Assembly (NCBI RefSeq): GCF_001194135.2
Contig: NC_069007.1
Coordinates: forward strand, 22,240,902 to 22,274,799
Origin: Octopus bimaculoides
Lineage: Eukaryota
Length of the DNA stretch: 33,898 nt
Direction: 5' to 3'
Below are positions 20,256 through 30,808 of this stretch, piece by piece (within the stretch, counting starts at the first letter, position 1; each line of letters starts with the position of its first letter). Made by a program: the position numbers and the translations under genes. Under the pieces are notes generated by a model. It was given only the letters and a program-made list of their open reading frames with translations, was not told the DNA's origin and did not search any database.

Positions 20256-20397
20256 GTAAACCCATTGTTTTATTACCTCTCTCTTTTCCTCATTCACTCT
20301 TTCATCTCTTGCCATGGCTCAATCTCTCTCTCTCTCTTTCATATTCTAACATGCATGTGTGCACACAGCTATGCTTATTGCAGTTGCTGCATATATA

Positions 20398-20830
20398 AGT
20401 GCAGGCATGGCTGTGTGGTAATAAGCTTGTTTCTCAACCATATGGTTCCAGGTTCAGTCCCAGTGTGGCACCTTGGGCAAGTGTCTTCTACTATAGTCTC
20501 AGGCTGACCAAAGCTGTGTGAGTGGATTTGGTAGGCAGAAACTGAAAGAAGCCCATCGTATATATTTATATAATGTCTGTGTGTGTGTGTGTTTATATCT
20601 ATGTGTGTGTGTGTTTGCCCTCCACCACCACCACCACCACTTAACAACCAGTGTCAGTGTATTTATGTTCCTGTAACTTAGTGGTTTGGCAAAAGAGACT
20701 GATTGAACAAGTAACAGGCTTAAAGAAATAAGTACTGTGGGCGATTTGTTTGACTAAAATTCTTCAAGGCAGAGTCTTAGCATGGCTGTAGTCTAATGAC
20801 TGAAACAAGTGAACCATAAAGGATAAAGAT
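20398..20830 (+). mobile_element. SINE family A, full length (MBIP intron 4)
   Basis: Complete head-(GT)n-core-tail arrangement. Confidence 0.9.
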
Positions 20831-20864
20831 TTATATATGTATACACACACACACACATTCATAT

Positions 20865-21075
20865 TGGTTTCAGCTTTTGGCACAAGGCCAGTTAGTTTGG
20901 GGAAGAGACTAGGTCAGTTAACATCGACCTCAGTGTGCAACTGGTACTTATTTTATCAAACCCAGAAGGATGAAAGGCAAAGTTGACCTGTCCAGAGTTT
21001 GAACTCAGAGCATAAAGATGGATGAAATGCCGCTAAGCATTCTGTCCAGCATGCTAATGATTTTGCTAGCTCACA
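20865..21075 (-). mobile_element. SINE family B
   Basis: GGCACAAGGCC..CTGGTACTTATTT..GGATGAAAGGCAAAGTTGACC..TTTGAACTCAG. Confidence 0.85.
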
Positions 21076-21108
21076 CTCATATTAATTGATGAACATTGCA
21101 TATTTCAG

Positions 21109-21180
21109 TGGAGAAAGAACACTGTGCTAGAACAGGGGCTGTGTTTGTGCCCCGGTTTGGAACCAGGAGTCATGTTACTG
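21109..21180 (+). CDS. MBIP: MBIP exon 5
   Basis: MEKEHCARTGAVFVPRFGTRSHVT matches MBIP ENSCARTDAIFTPYPGFKSHVK. tttcAG acceptor, G|GTAAGT donor. Confidence 0.95.
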
Positions 21181-21733
21181 GTAAGTGCCAATCTGTATCT
21201 TTCATCTTTCCTTAAAAATCTCGCCTGTCCCTACCTTCCCTTGTAGCCTTTATAAAACTGTAACCTCTTTGCAAAAGCCTTTGGTATTTAGTTCTTCCTC
21301 ACACTTTCTGGCTTTCTCCTAATGTCTGTTCTCTTATTTTACTTGTTATTGCTTTGAAATATTATCACATGTGATCATGTGACCGACCAGGCTATCAGAT
21401 GTTGTTACACATCGCTGGTCACAATGCACTTTTGTATTGTTTTAGCCTTCAAATGATGCCACACATTGCTCCAGTCCCACTTTGATCACAGGGGATTGTT
21501 GGTCTGCCCACCTGTTAAAATGAGATGTCGAAGTTATTTTCATTTTTGCATAATTCAGACGACAATTTATTCACTGCAACCTGTGTATGTATATTAAAGA
21601 GATTTGTTGTGTAATGTCAGAGCAATGCAAAAAGGTACAAAGAGGGAAAGGGAAAGGAAACAAAGTTGCAGTTTTATCTTGTATTTTTATATAATGTTAG
21701 AGTCATGATCCTTTCTTCAGGACATTTGGAAGA

Positions 21734-21779
<46 letters not shown>

Positions 21780-21902
21780 CATATATATATATATATACAC
21801 ACACACAAACACATATATATATAGCATGTGTAAATACATATGTACTCTACCAAACCCCTTTTTCCTTTTGTACTTTAAATGTATTTGCTTTCTCCTTGAC
21901 AG

Positions 21903-22088
21903 TGTCTCGTATAGAAAACATCAATGGCCCACAGCTGCACATTCCCAGCAGTGTCCCTTCCTTTTCGTTGTTCTCCAAAATTAAACAGGAAACAGAGAAC
22001 CCAGTTGCAGTGAAACAGGAACCAAGTAACATGTTTTCAGGAATTGAAGAACGAGTCTCTAACATGGCATCTCACCTCCACATAGAAT
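21903..22088 (+). CDS. MBIP: MBIP exon 6
   Basis: VSRIENINGPQ...GIEERVSNMASHLHIE matches MBIP VSRVVNTYGPQ...AVEERLQNIEAHL. Phase 1 to 1. Confidence 0.95.
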
Positions 22089-22125
22089 GTAAATAGCACA
22101 AGTTTAATGTCTTACTTTGTTATGT

Positions 22126-22328
22126 CAGTGGTTCTCAACCCTTTTTTATCTATAGACCCTTTCGATTCCTATTTTACTTGGGTGAACCCTCATAGTCATT
22201 CAATGCTTTAAAAAAATCCTTTTATATTTTTAGAATTAAAAATGAAGAATTGTACAACAAAACTTAGATATTTGGTGTATTGTAGTCGTATAAGCAATTT
22301 ATTGTGCATAAATTTTAACAACGAAACC
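22126..22328. mobile_element. hAT-type MITE fragment filling most of MBIP intron 6
   Basis: Starts CAGTGGTTCTCAACC; colinear with the reverse complement of 1140-1343 to about 22328. Confidence 0.7.
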
Positions 22329-22353
22329 TTGTCTTTGGTTAAAATTCCTGCAG

Positions 22354-22451
22354 ATGACTCCAAGAAATCTCAAGTCTTTGAAACGTTAAAACAACTGGAA
22401 AAAAGGATTCTGTTTCTTGAAAGTCTCTCACCTGAGTATTTTGAATTTCAC
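22354..22451 (+). CDS. MBIP: MBIP exon 7
   Basis: YDSKKSQVFETLKQLEKRILFLESLSPEYFEFH matches MBIP DIYQRIKKLEDKILELEGISPEYF. cctgcAG acceptor, CAC|GTGAGT donor. Confidence 0.95.
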
Positions 22452-22837
22452 GTGAGTATATTGGTTATAGTAGTAGTAGTGGGGGTGGGGTTAGGGTTAG
22501 GGTTAGTTATAGTAAGCTAGTTATGTGATGTGGCAGTTTTAAGTAAATGTCTTGTGCTGTAGATATTATGGTACTGGTTAGAGTAGTGGGGTTAGGGTTA
22601 GTAATCTGGCTTTTGCTTCTTATATCTAGAACTCCTTGTATTTGGGAAATACTTATTCTGAATTTTAAGTTTCTTTTAATGTTAAATTCTGGGAATACAG
22701 CCTGCTTCTGTAAGAATTAAGTTTTGAAAAATCATATTTGGAATTCTATGACATTTTGGCTGGTCTTTATAGATTCTGATTCTACTTTGGTTATATGTGT
22801 GTCTGGGTATCTGAACATCTTTTGTTTCTCTCTACAG

Positions 22838-22918
22838 AATCAGCTGGCCCCCGAAAGGAAAAGGAAACAATTTGGTAGCAGCAGTGGTGCCTGTAGAAGT
22901 GAAAACCACCCCAATCAG
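22838..22918 (+). CDS. MBIP: MBIP exon 8
   Basis: NQLAPERKRKQFGSSSGACRSENHPNQ; basic KRK patch like MBIP GKRRK. tctacAG acceptor, CAG|GTAACA donor. Confidence 0.85.
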
Positions 22919-22984
22919 GTAACAGCTCTTCCTTTTCCTCTCTTATGACAATTTCCACAGAAGGTGCAAGGATACAGCTTTACC

Positions 22985-23401
22985 TTCTGCTTGTTTCAGT
23001 CATTAGACTGCAGCCATGCTGGAGCACTACTTTGAAAGGTTTAGTCAAATAGACTGACCCCATTTTGAGGCTGTGGTTGAAACTGACTGAAGGCAGCTAC
23101 TTTGAGTAAACTATTATATCCCTGCCATAAAATCCAGTTGTTATTTTTTGATTTTTTAAAAGACTTTTATTTTTGGATGGGATATTGTTTTCTTTTCCTT
23201 TTATATTTTGCAAACTGTCAAGTTTAGCCTGAACATCCTGTATACACACACACACACACAACAAGCTTCTTTCAGTTTCTATCTACCAAATCCACTCACA
23301 AGGTTTTGATCAGCCCAAGGCTACAGTAGAAGACACTTGCCCAAGGTGCCATGCTGTGGGACTGAACCCAGAGCCATGTGGTTGGGAAGCAAGCTTCTTA
23401 G

Positions 23402-23441
<40 letters not shown>

Positions 23442-23585
23442 ACATTTTCAGTTTCTGTCTACTAAATACTCTGACAAGACTTTGATTAACCTGGGATTTT
23501 AATAGAAGTCACTTACCCAAAGTGGCATGCAGAGGGACTGAACCTGCAATCCTGGGAAGCAAGCCTCTCAACTCCTCAGCCACAT
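22985..23585 (-). mobile_element. Cluster of three SINE family A fragments (22985-23070, 23262-23410, 23436-23585)
   Basis: Tail fragment plus two head fragments, separated by (CA)/(TA) repeats. Confidence 0.8.
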
Positions 23586-23629
23586 TAACTTCATTATTTA
23601 ATAATTTGATATTTTGTTGTCTTTTCTAG

Positions 23630-23710
23630 GATTTGAGTATGTGGGAGATAAACCATCGAATGAAAGCACTGCGAGAGTCATTGAAGCAGAAACAGATGAA
23701 AGCTTTGTAG
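23630..23710 (+). CDS. MBIP: MBIP terminal exon 9 (stop TAG 23708-23710)
   Basis: DLSMWEINHRMKALRESLKQKQMKAL* matches MBIP NYSLAELDEKISALKQALLRK. Joined CDS is 1032 nt = 343 aa. Confidence 0.9.
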   Translation, partial: DLSMWEINHRMKALRESLKQKQMKAL

Positions 23711-23823
23711 AACGTCGTCTGTCGCAGCATCCTGGCCTCTACATCATCATTGCCTTCACTCACCCACAGCATTGGATGCCTCTGCCTTCAACATTACTTT
23801 CATTAATTATCTTTACTTTGATG

Positions 23824-23908
23824 AGCCCAAGGCTACAGTAGAAGACACTTGAGCAAGGTGCCATGCTGTGGGTCTGAACCCAGAGCCATGTGGTTGGGAA
23901 GCAAGCTT
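23824..23908 (-). mobile_element. SINE family A fragment in the MBIP 3' UTR region
   Basis: 82 of 85 nt identical to 23312-23396. Confidence 0.9.
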
Positions 23909-24334
23909 ATCATTACTTACAGCATTATCTCTATATTTCATGGGTGCATCACATCATCATCATCACCATTATCATTACCACTCTCATCATCATAATCATC
24001 CCCACCACCATCAATCACCATCATCATCATTAACCTAACATACACATCTTGTTTCAATTTCCATGCAAAAATATCATATTTTAAAAATTTATTTTGAATT
24101 TGTATATAAAGGAGAATCAGTCCCCAAATTATTTCGGATCAGTTCTGACTTATTATGACGTCACTGACGCCTCAACTTGCATGGAATTTTCATCCCAAAT
24201 TATTTCAGCTTTTTTTTTAGAACAAAAAAAAAATAATGAAATGACTGAAATTACCAAGAAATCTTTTTACGATGCATGTTTTGAAACAAAGGCCAACATC
24301 ACATTCAGGACAAAGGTATCTGCTTTCTCTCCCA

Positions 24335-24625
24335 AATCGACCCCAAGACTTATTCTTTGTAAGCCTAGTACTTATTCTATCAGTCTCTTTTGCCAAACCT
24401 CTAAGTTATGGGCATTAGTTGTCAAGCGATGTTGGGATGACAAACACACACACACACATATACAACAGGCTTCTTTCAGTTTCTGTCTACCAAATCCACT
24501 CACAAGGCTTTGGTTGGCCCAAGGCTATAGTAGAAGACATTTGCCCAAGGTGCCACGCAGTGGGACTGAACCCGGAACCATGTGGCTGGTAAACAAGCTA
24601 CTTACCACTCAGCTACGCTTGCACC
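24335..24625 (-). mobile_element. SINE family A
   Basis: AAGCCTAGTACTTATTC..GGCTTCTTTCAGTTTC..GTGCCACGCAGTGGGACTGAACCCGGAACCATGTGG. Confidence 0.9.
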
Positions 24626-25229
24626 TATATACACACATACACATCAGAAGTATTGATGCATGTGCATACATGCGCATACACTCACACACAATCATATACA
24701 TGCAAACATTCACACACATAGTTACACATGCACCCTCTGTCTCTCACACACATACATATCCATACCCATACACAGAAGCACACACTCATATACATACATT
24801 CACACACAATGTGCATACACATTCTCTCTCTCTCTCCCTCTCCCTCAAACACATTCTCTCTCTCTGTTTTTTTCTCTCTCCCTCTCTCAAATACACATTC
24901 TCTCTTTCTCAAACACTCAATGTGCACATACATTCTCTCTCTCTCTCTCTCTTCCACATGCACCCACTCGTTCACATTCACCAAACAGAACCAGCAGAAA
25001 ACAAAACCATTCTCTTGGATTAATGGAGAGGATTTTTCCCCCTCTTCTTTGGAGAGAAAATCTTGCAGAAAATAATAAACAAAAAATAAAGAAAAGAAAA
25101 AAATACACAACCAAAATTATAAAACAAAAAGGAAAACAAAACAATAAAACTCTAAACGAAATTGGCAAAAAAAATATTGTTTTTCATTTGAAGGAAAGGA
25201 AATAATGTCTCAGGCTGTGTGAAATACTC

Positions 25230-25590
25230 TCATTGTTGCTGCTGTTGTTTTATTGTTGTTGCTCTTGATGCTGCTGCTGTTGCTATTGTTGTTGTTGTTG
25301 ATGCTGCTGCTGCTGTTGTTGTTGTTGATGCTGCTGCTGTTGTTGTTGTTATTCTTCTTCTTCTCCTCCCTTCTTTTTCTTGTTGGTGTTATTTTTCCAG
25401 TTGTTAGTGATGTTTTTTTTATTGCTGTTGCTACTGTTGTTGTTGTTGTTGTGTTCTCGCTGCTGCTGCTGTTGGCACCATCTTCTCACTGCTGTGCTTA
25501 TTGCTACCATAGTTGTTGTTGTTGTGTTTTTTTCAGATGTCTCTGCCGTAGTTCTTGCCAGTGTTGCTGCTGCTGCTGTGATGACTGCTG
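25230..25590. repeat. Degenerate (GTT)/(GCT) trinucleotide tract
   Basis: Read directly; it generates spurious poly-L/V/A/Q/N ORFs. Confidence 0.9.
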
Positions 25591-25725
25591 ATGCTTTCAC
25601 TGTTCTTTGAAACCAGATCACAACGGAAAGAGGGGGGGGGGTCATGCTTGCAGTGTGGCCTCTGATGTTTTGACACTGAGCTACTCTGCTGCAGGATCGA
25701 AGATGTGGTCGTTTTTAGTTCACTA

Positions 25726-26128
25726 GGTGAACATGGAAGCGTGTGGCCTTATTTCACATTGGTTGGTGAACGCAGAGGTGAGAGGCCTAGTTCACTGTAG
25801 CCGGTGAGCAATTTGTGAGTGGCTTTAATTTTCGACTTTGATTGGTGAACATAGAAGTGAGAGGCCTTATTCCAAATAGGCTGGTGAACATGGAGATGTG
25901 TGGCCTTATTTCACATTGGTTGGTCAACATGGAAGTGTGTGGCCTGTTTTACTGTAATTAATGAACATGTTAGTGTGTGGATTTATTACATTTTGGTTGG
26001 TGAACATAGAAGTGTGTGGCCTCATTCCACTTTGATTGGTGAACATGGAGGTGAGAGGCCTATTTCATGTAGCTAGTGAACATATTTGTGAGTGGCTTTA
26101 TTTCACTTTGGTTGGTGAAGATATAAAC
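25726..26128. repeat. ~39-bp minisatellite, about 10.4 diverged copies
   Basis: Units start at 25726, 25765, 25803, 25844, 25883, 25922, 25960, 25999, 26038, 26075 and 26114. Consensus approximately GGTGAACATGGAAGTGTGTGGCCTTATTTCACTTTGGTT. Confidence 0.9.
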
Positions 26129-26659
26129 ATTGGATCGTATGTTAACATTAACTTAGCTATCTCTCTGTTTCAATACATAATTAGGATCTTTTCTGTTTCG
26201 CTGCCACTTTTCAATTTCTTCTATTTTGGCTCCACTTGATTTCATATTTGGTGTAGTTTTGTATGGTAATCATTGGCATGAAATTCATTTTCATCAGAAA
26301 TCAATAAATAAAGAGCTAATAGCTTTTAAAGTCTGCAAATTTGGGGTGATTTTAGCCACTCAAAAGCCACACACATGTAGGTGCTTCTTTCTAAAATATG
26401 TCAAACTCTTACCAAAGCTGTTTACTTTTGTGGTCCTTTTTCCATTTATTAAATGCTTAAAACACGTGAGGTACAAGGTGGTCATGAGATGTGCTAAAAA
26501 TAAGTTCTAAATAGGCCTTAAACCATGCAACAAATTTTTTTGTTTTGTTTTTGTATACTTGTATGAATTCTCATGTGTAGAATACAAATTGGTAAACGTT
26601 TTCTGAAAATTCCAAAAAATAAAAAAAGTTATGAGGAGTTATGGCGTGTGTAAAGCAGA

Positions 26660-26910
26660 ATTCCACCATGTGTGTTATGTGTGTGTCTTTGTGTCTGTGT
26701 TTATACCCCCACCCCATCATCACTTGACAACTGGTGATGGTGTGTTTACGTCCCTGTAACTTAGTGGTTTGGCAAAAGAGACCAACAGAATAAGTACTAG
26801 GCTTAAAAATAAGTCCTTGGGTCAATTTGTTCAACTAAAACAGTTTGAGGTAGTGCTCCGGCATGGCCGCAGTCAAATGATTGAAACAAGTGAGAGAATA
26901 AAAGAATAAA
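26660..26910 (+). mobile_element. SINE family A core and tail
   Basis: CACTTGACAACTGG..GTAACTTAGTGGTTTGGCAAAAGAGACC..GCATGGCCGCAGTCAAATGATTGAAAC. Confidence 0.9.
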
Positions 26911-27987
26911 ATTTTGTAGCTCTGGCCACGAGTCTATATTTGTTGTGAATAAATGAATTTTCATCTTGTGTATTTCTTCATTATCTGATTAATGAATTGT
27001 TTTGACAGCCACATTGAAAATAACTTCCATGAAAATATAATGATTTTATGCTTAAACAATAAAGAATTTGTGAGACATTCAATTTAAAATCATTCTAAAA
27101 ACTCATTATTTTACCAAATAACTAATATACTTCAGCCAAATGGTAAATATAGCTGCGACAGATAGAAAATACATTCTCCATAACTCTGCCAAATGGTTAA
27201 TAAATATCTGAAAAAGCGGAAAAATATTGTTGCCAAATGTCGGATATAATTCTATCAAATGACAAAGACACATATACTAAATGAAAAATGCATATCTACC
27301 AAAATATAAATCGATCTTTATCAAATGAGAAAGATACGACTATCATTAGATGTGATTATAAACAGATCAGCAATTTGTTTTTCTAGGATTAGGGTTTAAT
27401 CAAAGGATATTGTCACCTTTGATGAGACTCTAATAACAGTTGAAGAAATCATTTAAGCACTGGTGATGGTGCCACATAAAAAGCACTGAAATTCAGAAAG
27501 CAATATGTCATTATTTCAAACATGTTTCATAACTGACGTCACATTTTCTCCAAAGAAACAACAAACATAATCTAAACACTTGTTGAACATATTTTGTCAT
27601 GCAAATGACATCTGAGAAATTTTTAATTTCCAAGAATTCTCTTTTATTCTCTATCCAAAAACCACCCCTATCCATTCACTTCTCCAAACCCCATCTAACA
27701 GCCATTCCAACAATAAACTAATATTAATTTCCTGATTTTTATATCTATATTTTTATATATTTATTAATCAATTTGTTTGCTAATGTTTCATCAATTTGTC
27801 ACTGACTGACGAAGCCAAACAAGCTTTAGCATGTCTGCAGCTTCTGTACTTTAGAGAGAAACAAAACAACATAAAAAAAACGATATTAATCATAAATTAT
27901 CAATTTATTTTCTATCTGCATATTTGATCAGACTTTAACCATTTAATATTCCATTCCACTTTTTTTTCCATGTTGACATATAAAAAG

Positions 27988-28395
27988 AGCCCCTTTGGTC
28001 GTGAATGACCATGGGATTGCACCTAGAAAGTTACCCTCCAAAGCACAAACCCAGCATACCAGCCTCCCCTCCTCATGCCATTGATGTTATCCGAGGGAAA
28101 GGCAAAGGGGCCGATACAGCTTGGCACCAGTGACATTGCATCTCATTTCTACAGCTGAGTGAACTGGAGCAATATGAAATAAAGTGTCTTGCTCAAGAAC
28201 ATAACACGCAACCATGCACCTAAACACACACACACATATATTTATATATATAAGGGGTAAAGCCCCTGCCTCGGTCATGAATGACCATGGGATTGCACCA
28301 AGAAAGTTACCCTCCAAGGCACAAGTCTTGGCAAGGTTGTTTAATGGAAGACCAGAAATCATCTATGCATACCAGCCTCCCCTCCTCATGCCACC
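27988..28395 (-). mobile_element. Two tandem SINE family C 3' parts (27988-28215, 28262-28395)
   Basis: Both contain GAATGACCATGGGATTGCACC.AGAAAGTTACCCTCCAA.GCACAA. The first lacks an internal segment that the second retains. Confidence 0.85.
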
Positions 28396-28585
28396 GAGTA
28401 CTTCTTCTCCGGGTTTATGTTTTTCAAAAAACGATATATATATATATACATATATATATACATACATATATGAGTGAATAGACAAACACATTTATTGGGA
28501 GTTCAGATTTTCAATGGTCTATGATAAACATCATCTCATGCTTTCAAACTTTAAATATCACAGAATTTGAATCAAACTATTTTGA

Positions 28586-28619
<34 letters not shown>

Positions 28620-28620
28620 A

Positions 28621-28749
28621 GCTCGTCTCTCTGGTGAGGGTCAAATAAATGAACCTACTTATGGATATACAATCTTCTGGAGAGGCCTACCTGAGGGTCA
28701 GCGTAGAGAATCTGGTGTTGGGTTTGCTCTCAAGAATTTGTTAGTATCT
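28621..28749 (+). mobile_element. RTE-clade LINE AP-endonuclease fragment
   Basis: ARLSGEGQINEPTYGYTIFWRGLPEGQRRESGVGFALKNLLVS matches the RTE APE motif ETRL.GEG.L.E...GYTFFW.G.P....RE.GVGFAIK. Flanked by (TA)n and (CA)n. Confidence 0.85.
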
Positions 28750-29204
28750 TGCATACAAATACACATATACGCATATAAACATACACACATACAAATAAAA
28801 ATACACGCATCAAGACAAATGCACAGACAGGCAGGCAGACCGACTACAATGCTGTTATTTACCGATTCTACAAAATTGTCTTGGAATTCTTGCATGTTTC
28901 TTCACCAGAATACTTTTTAATATTCTTAATGGGTCTCTTTTAGATGTTGGATATATTTTTGCTTCATCATATTCAGAATATATATATATATTTTTTTAAA
29001 TGAAAAACAAATTCAATAAACATAAGACATAGATTGGAAAGAAAGTAAAAACAATGAAAGAGAAAAACTAAATAAAAGAGAGAAAAAGAGTAGAAAAAAA
29101 AAGATACAAAAATAAAAAGGGAAAAAAAATCAGAAAATATATCATTACAAGAGAAGAAAGGGAAATTAAAGCATGGGATGGAAATAGCACAGACGAATTG
29201 TTAT

Positions 29205-29475
29205 TATCACCATCATCATTGGGATCACCATCAGCATCTTAATCATCTTCATCGTCATTGTCGTCGCCATCATCATTTTTATCTTCATAATCATCAGCAG
29301 CAGCAGGACCAACATTATCACCACTGATAACACCATCACCACCACCATCATCATCATCATCATTATCTTCATAACAATCAGCCACAGCTGCAGTATTGCC
29401 TCCATCACCACTGATCATCATCAAAACTGTCAGCACCACCACCATCACCATCATCATCATTCTCCTTATCATTAT
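29205..29475. repeat. Degenerate (CAT)/(CAC)/(CAG) trinucleotide tract
   Basis: Read directly. Confidence 0.85.
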
Positions 29476-29551
29476 CAAGATTATTTTCTATTATCATTTT
29501 ATTTTTGTTGTTATTTTTACTATTTCATCGTTGTTGTTGTTATCATTATTA

Positions 29552-29790
29552 AGGGGACGAGCTGGCAGAATTGTTAGCGTGCTGGGCAAAATGCTTAACG
29601 GTGTTTCATCTGATTAATGTTCTGAGTTCAAATTCCACTGAGGTCAACTCTGCTTTTCATCTTTTTGGGGTCGATGAAATAAGTACCAATTGAACACTGG
29701 GGTTGATGCATTCAACTAGACCCCTCTAGCAAAATTTCAGGCATTGTGCCTCTAGTAGAAAGGATTATCATTATTATTATTATTATTATT
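29552..29790 (+). mobile_element. SINE family B
   Basis: GAGCTGGCAGAATTGTTAGC..GTTCTGAGTTCAAATTCC..AGTAGAAAGGATTATC+(ATT)n. Confidence 0.9.
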
Positions 29791-29981
29791 TATTGTTTTA
29801 CCGTGAGGAAAGCACTGTAGAAGTGTAAAGTGAAATTTGGCAATCGAGGATCGAATCCACGCTACAGTTGCATGAAGCCACTAGAAATACGTTATGGAAA
29901 AAGCGTAACTGTAAAAATGCAGAATTATCGGAGTAATGAGCATTCAAAACAGTATGTATGTATAGAAATGTATGAAAGAAG

Positions 29982-30016
<35 letters not shown>

Positions 30017-30426
30017 NNNNNNNNNNNNNNNNNNNNNNNNNNNNNNNNNNNNNNNNNNNNNNNNNNNNNNNNNNNNNNNNNNNNNNNNNNNNNNNNNNNN
30101 NNNNNNNNNNNNNNNNNNNNNNNNNNNNNNNNNNNNNNNNNNNNNNNNNNNNNNNNNNNNNNNNNNNNNNNNNNNNNNNNNNNNNNNNNNNNNNNNNNNN
30201 NNNNNNNNNNNNNNNNNNNNNNNNNNNNNNNNNNNNNNNNNNNNNNNNNNNNNNNNNNNNNNNNNNNNNNNNNNNNNNNNNNNNNNNNNNNNNNNNNNNN
30301 NNNNNNNNNNNNNNNNNNNNNNNNNNNNNNNNNNNNNNNNNNNNNNNNNNNNNNNNNNNNNNNNNNNNNNNNNNNNNNNNNNNNNNNNNNNNNNNNNNNN
30401 NNNNNNNNNNNNNNNNNNNNNNNNNN
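30017..30426. other. Assembly gap (N run)
   Basis: 410 N after (TA)n. Confidence 1.
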
Positions 30427-30652
30427 AAAAGACACCATTTCGAGCGTGGCCGTTTTCGTGCGGGTGACACGTAAAAGCACCCACTACACTCTCTGAGTGG
30501 TTGGCGTTAGGAAGGGCATCCAGCTGTAGAAACTCTGCCAAATCGGACTGGAGCCTGGTGTTGCCATCCGGTTTCACCAGTCCTCAGTCAAATCGTCCAA
30601 CCCATGCTAGCATGGAAAGCGGACGTTAAACGATGATGATGATGATGATGAT
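30427..30652 (+). mobile_element. SINE family D (RTE-like tail), young copy truncated by an assembly gap
   Basis: GGCGTTAGGAAGGGCATCCAGCTGTAGAAAC..CCCATGCTAGCATGGAAAGCGGACGTTAAAC(GAT)n. Confidence 0.85.
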
Positions 30653-30654
30653 AT

Positions 30655-30808
30655 ATATGGTGGACTTCTTTCAGTACTAAATCCACTCACAAGGCTTTGA
30701 TCAGCCCAAGGTTATAGAAGAAGACACTTGTCCAAGATGCCATGCAGTGGGACTGAACCTGCAACCATGTGGCTGGGAAACAAGCTTCTTTTCACACAGC
30801 CACACTTG
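30655..30808 (-). mobile_element. SINE family A head
   Basis: GGACTTCTTTCAG..AAATCCACTCACAAGGCTTTG..GGGACTGAACC..CACACAGCCACAC. Confidence 0.85.

Noticed and set aside
23614-23841. ORF-track frame as the MBIP last exon
   Set aside because: Wrong frame. The phase-0 frame from the 23629 acceptor gives the MBIP-like helix and stops at 23710.
24094-25205. 309-aa and overlapping ORFs
   Set aside because: Most of the length is SINE A and (CA)/(CT) repeats. The first ~80 aa show no recognisable motif or splice support.
25219-25645. Poly-Q/N/L ORFs on both strands
   Set aside because: They come from a degenerate trinucleotide tract; the Q-rich frame has stops and there are no flanking splice signals.
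25726-26128. Regularly spaced repeats as a CRISPR array
   Set aside because: Units are contiguous and homologous along their whole length with no unique spacers; eukaryotic context; no cas genes.
27130-27335. Recurring GCCAAATG and TATCAAATGA.AAAGA.AC motifs
   Set aside because: Irregular spacing and short matches in very AT-rich DNA; cannot be separated from chance or an ancient decayed repeat.
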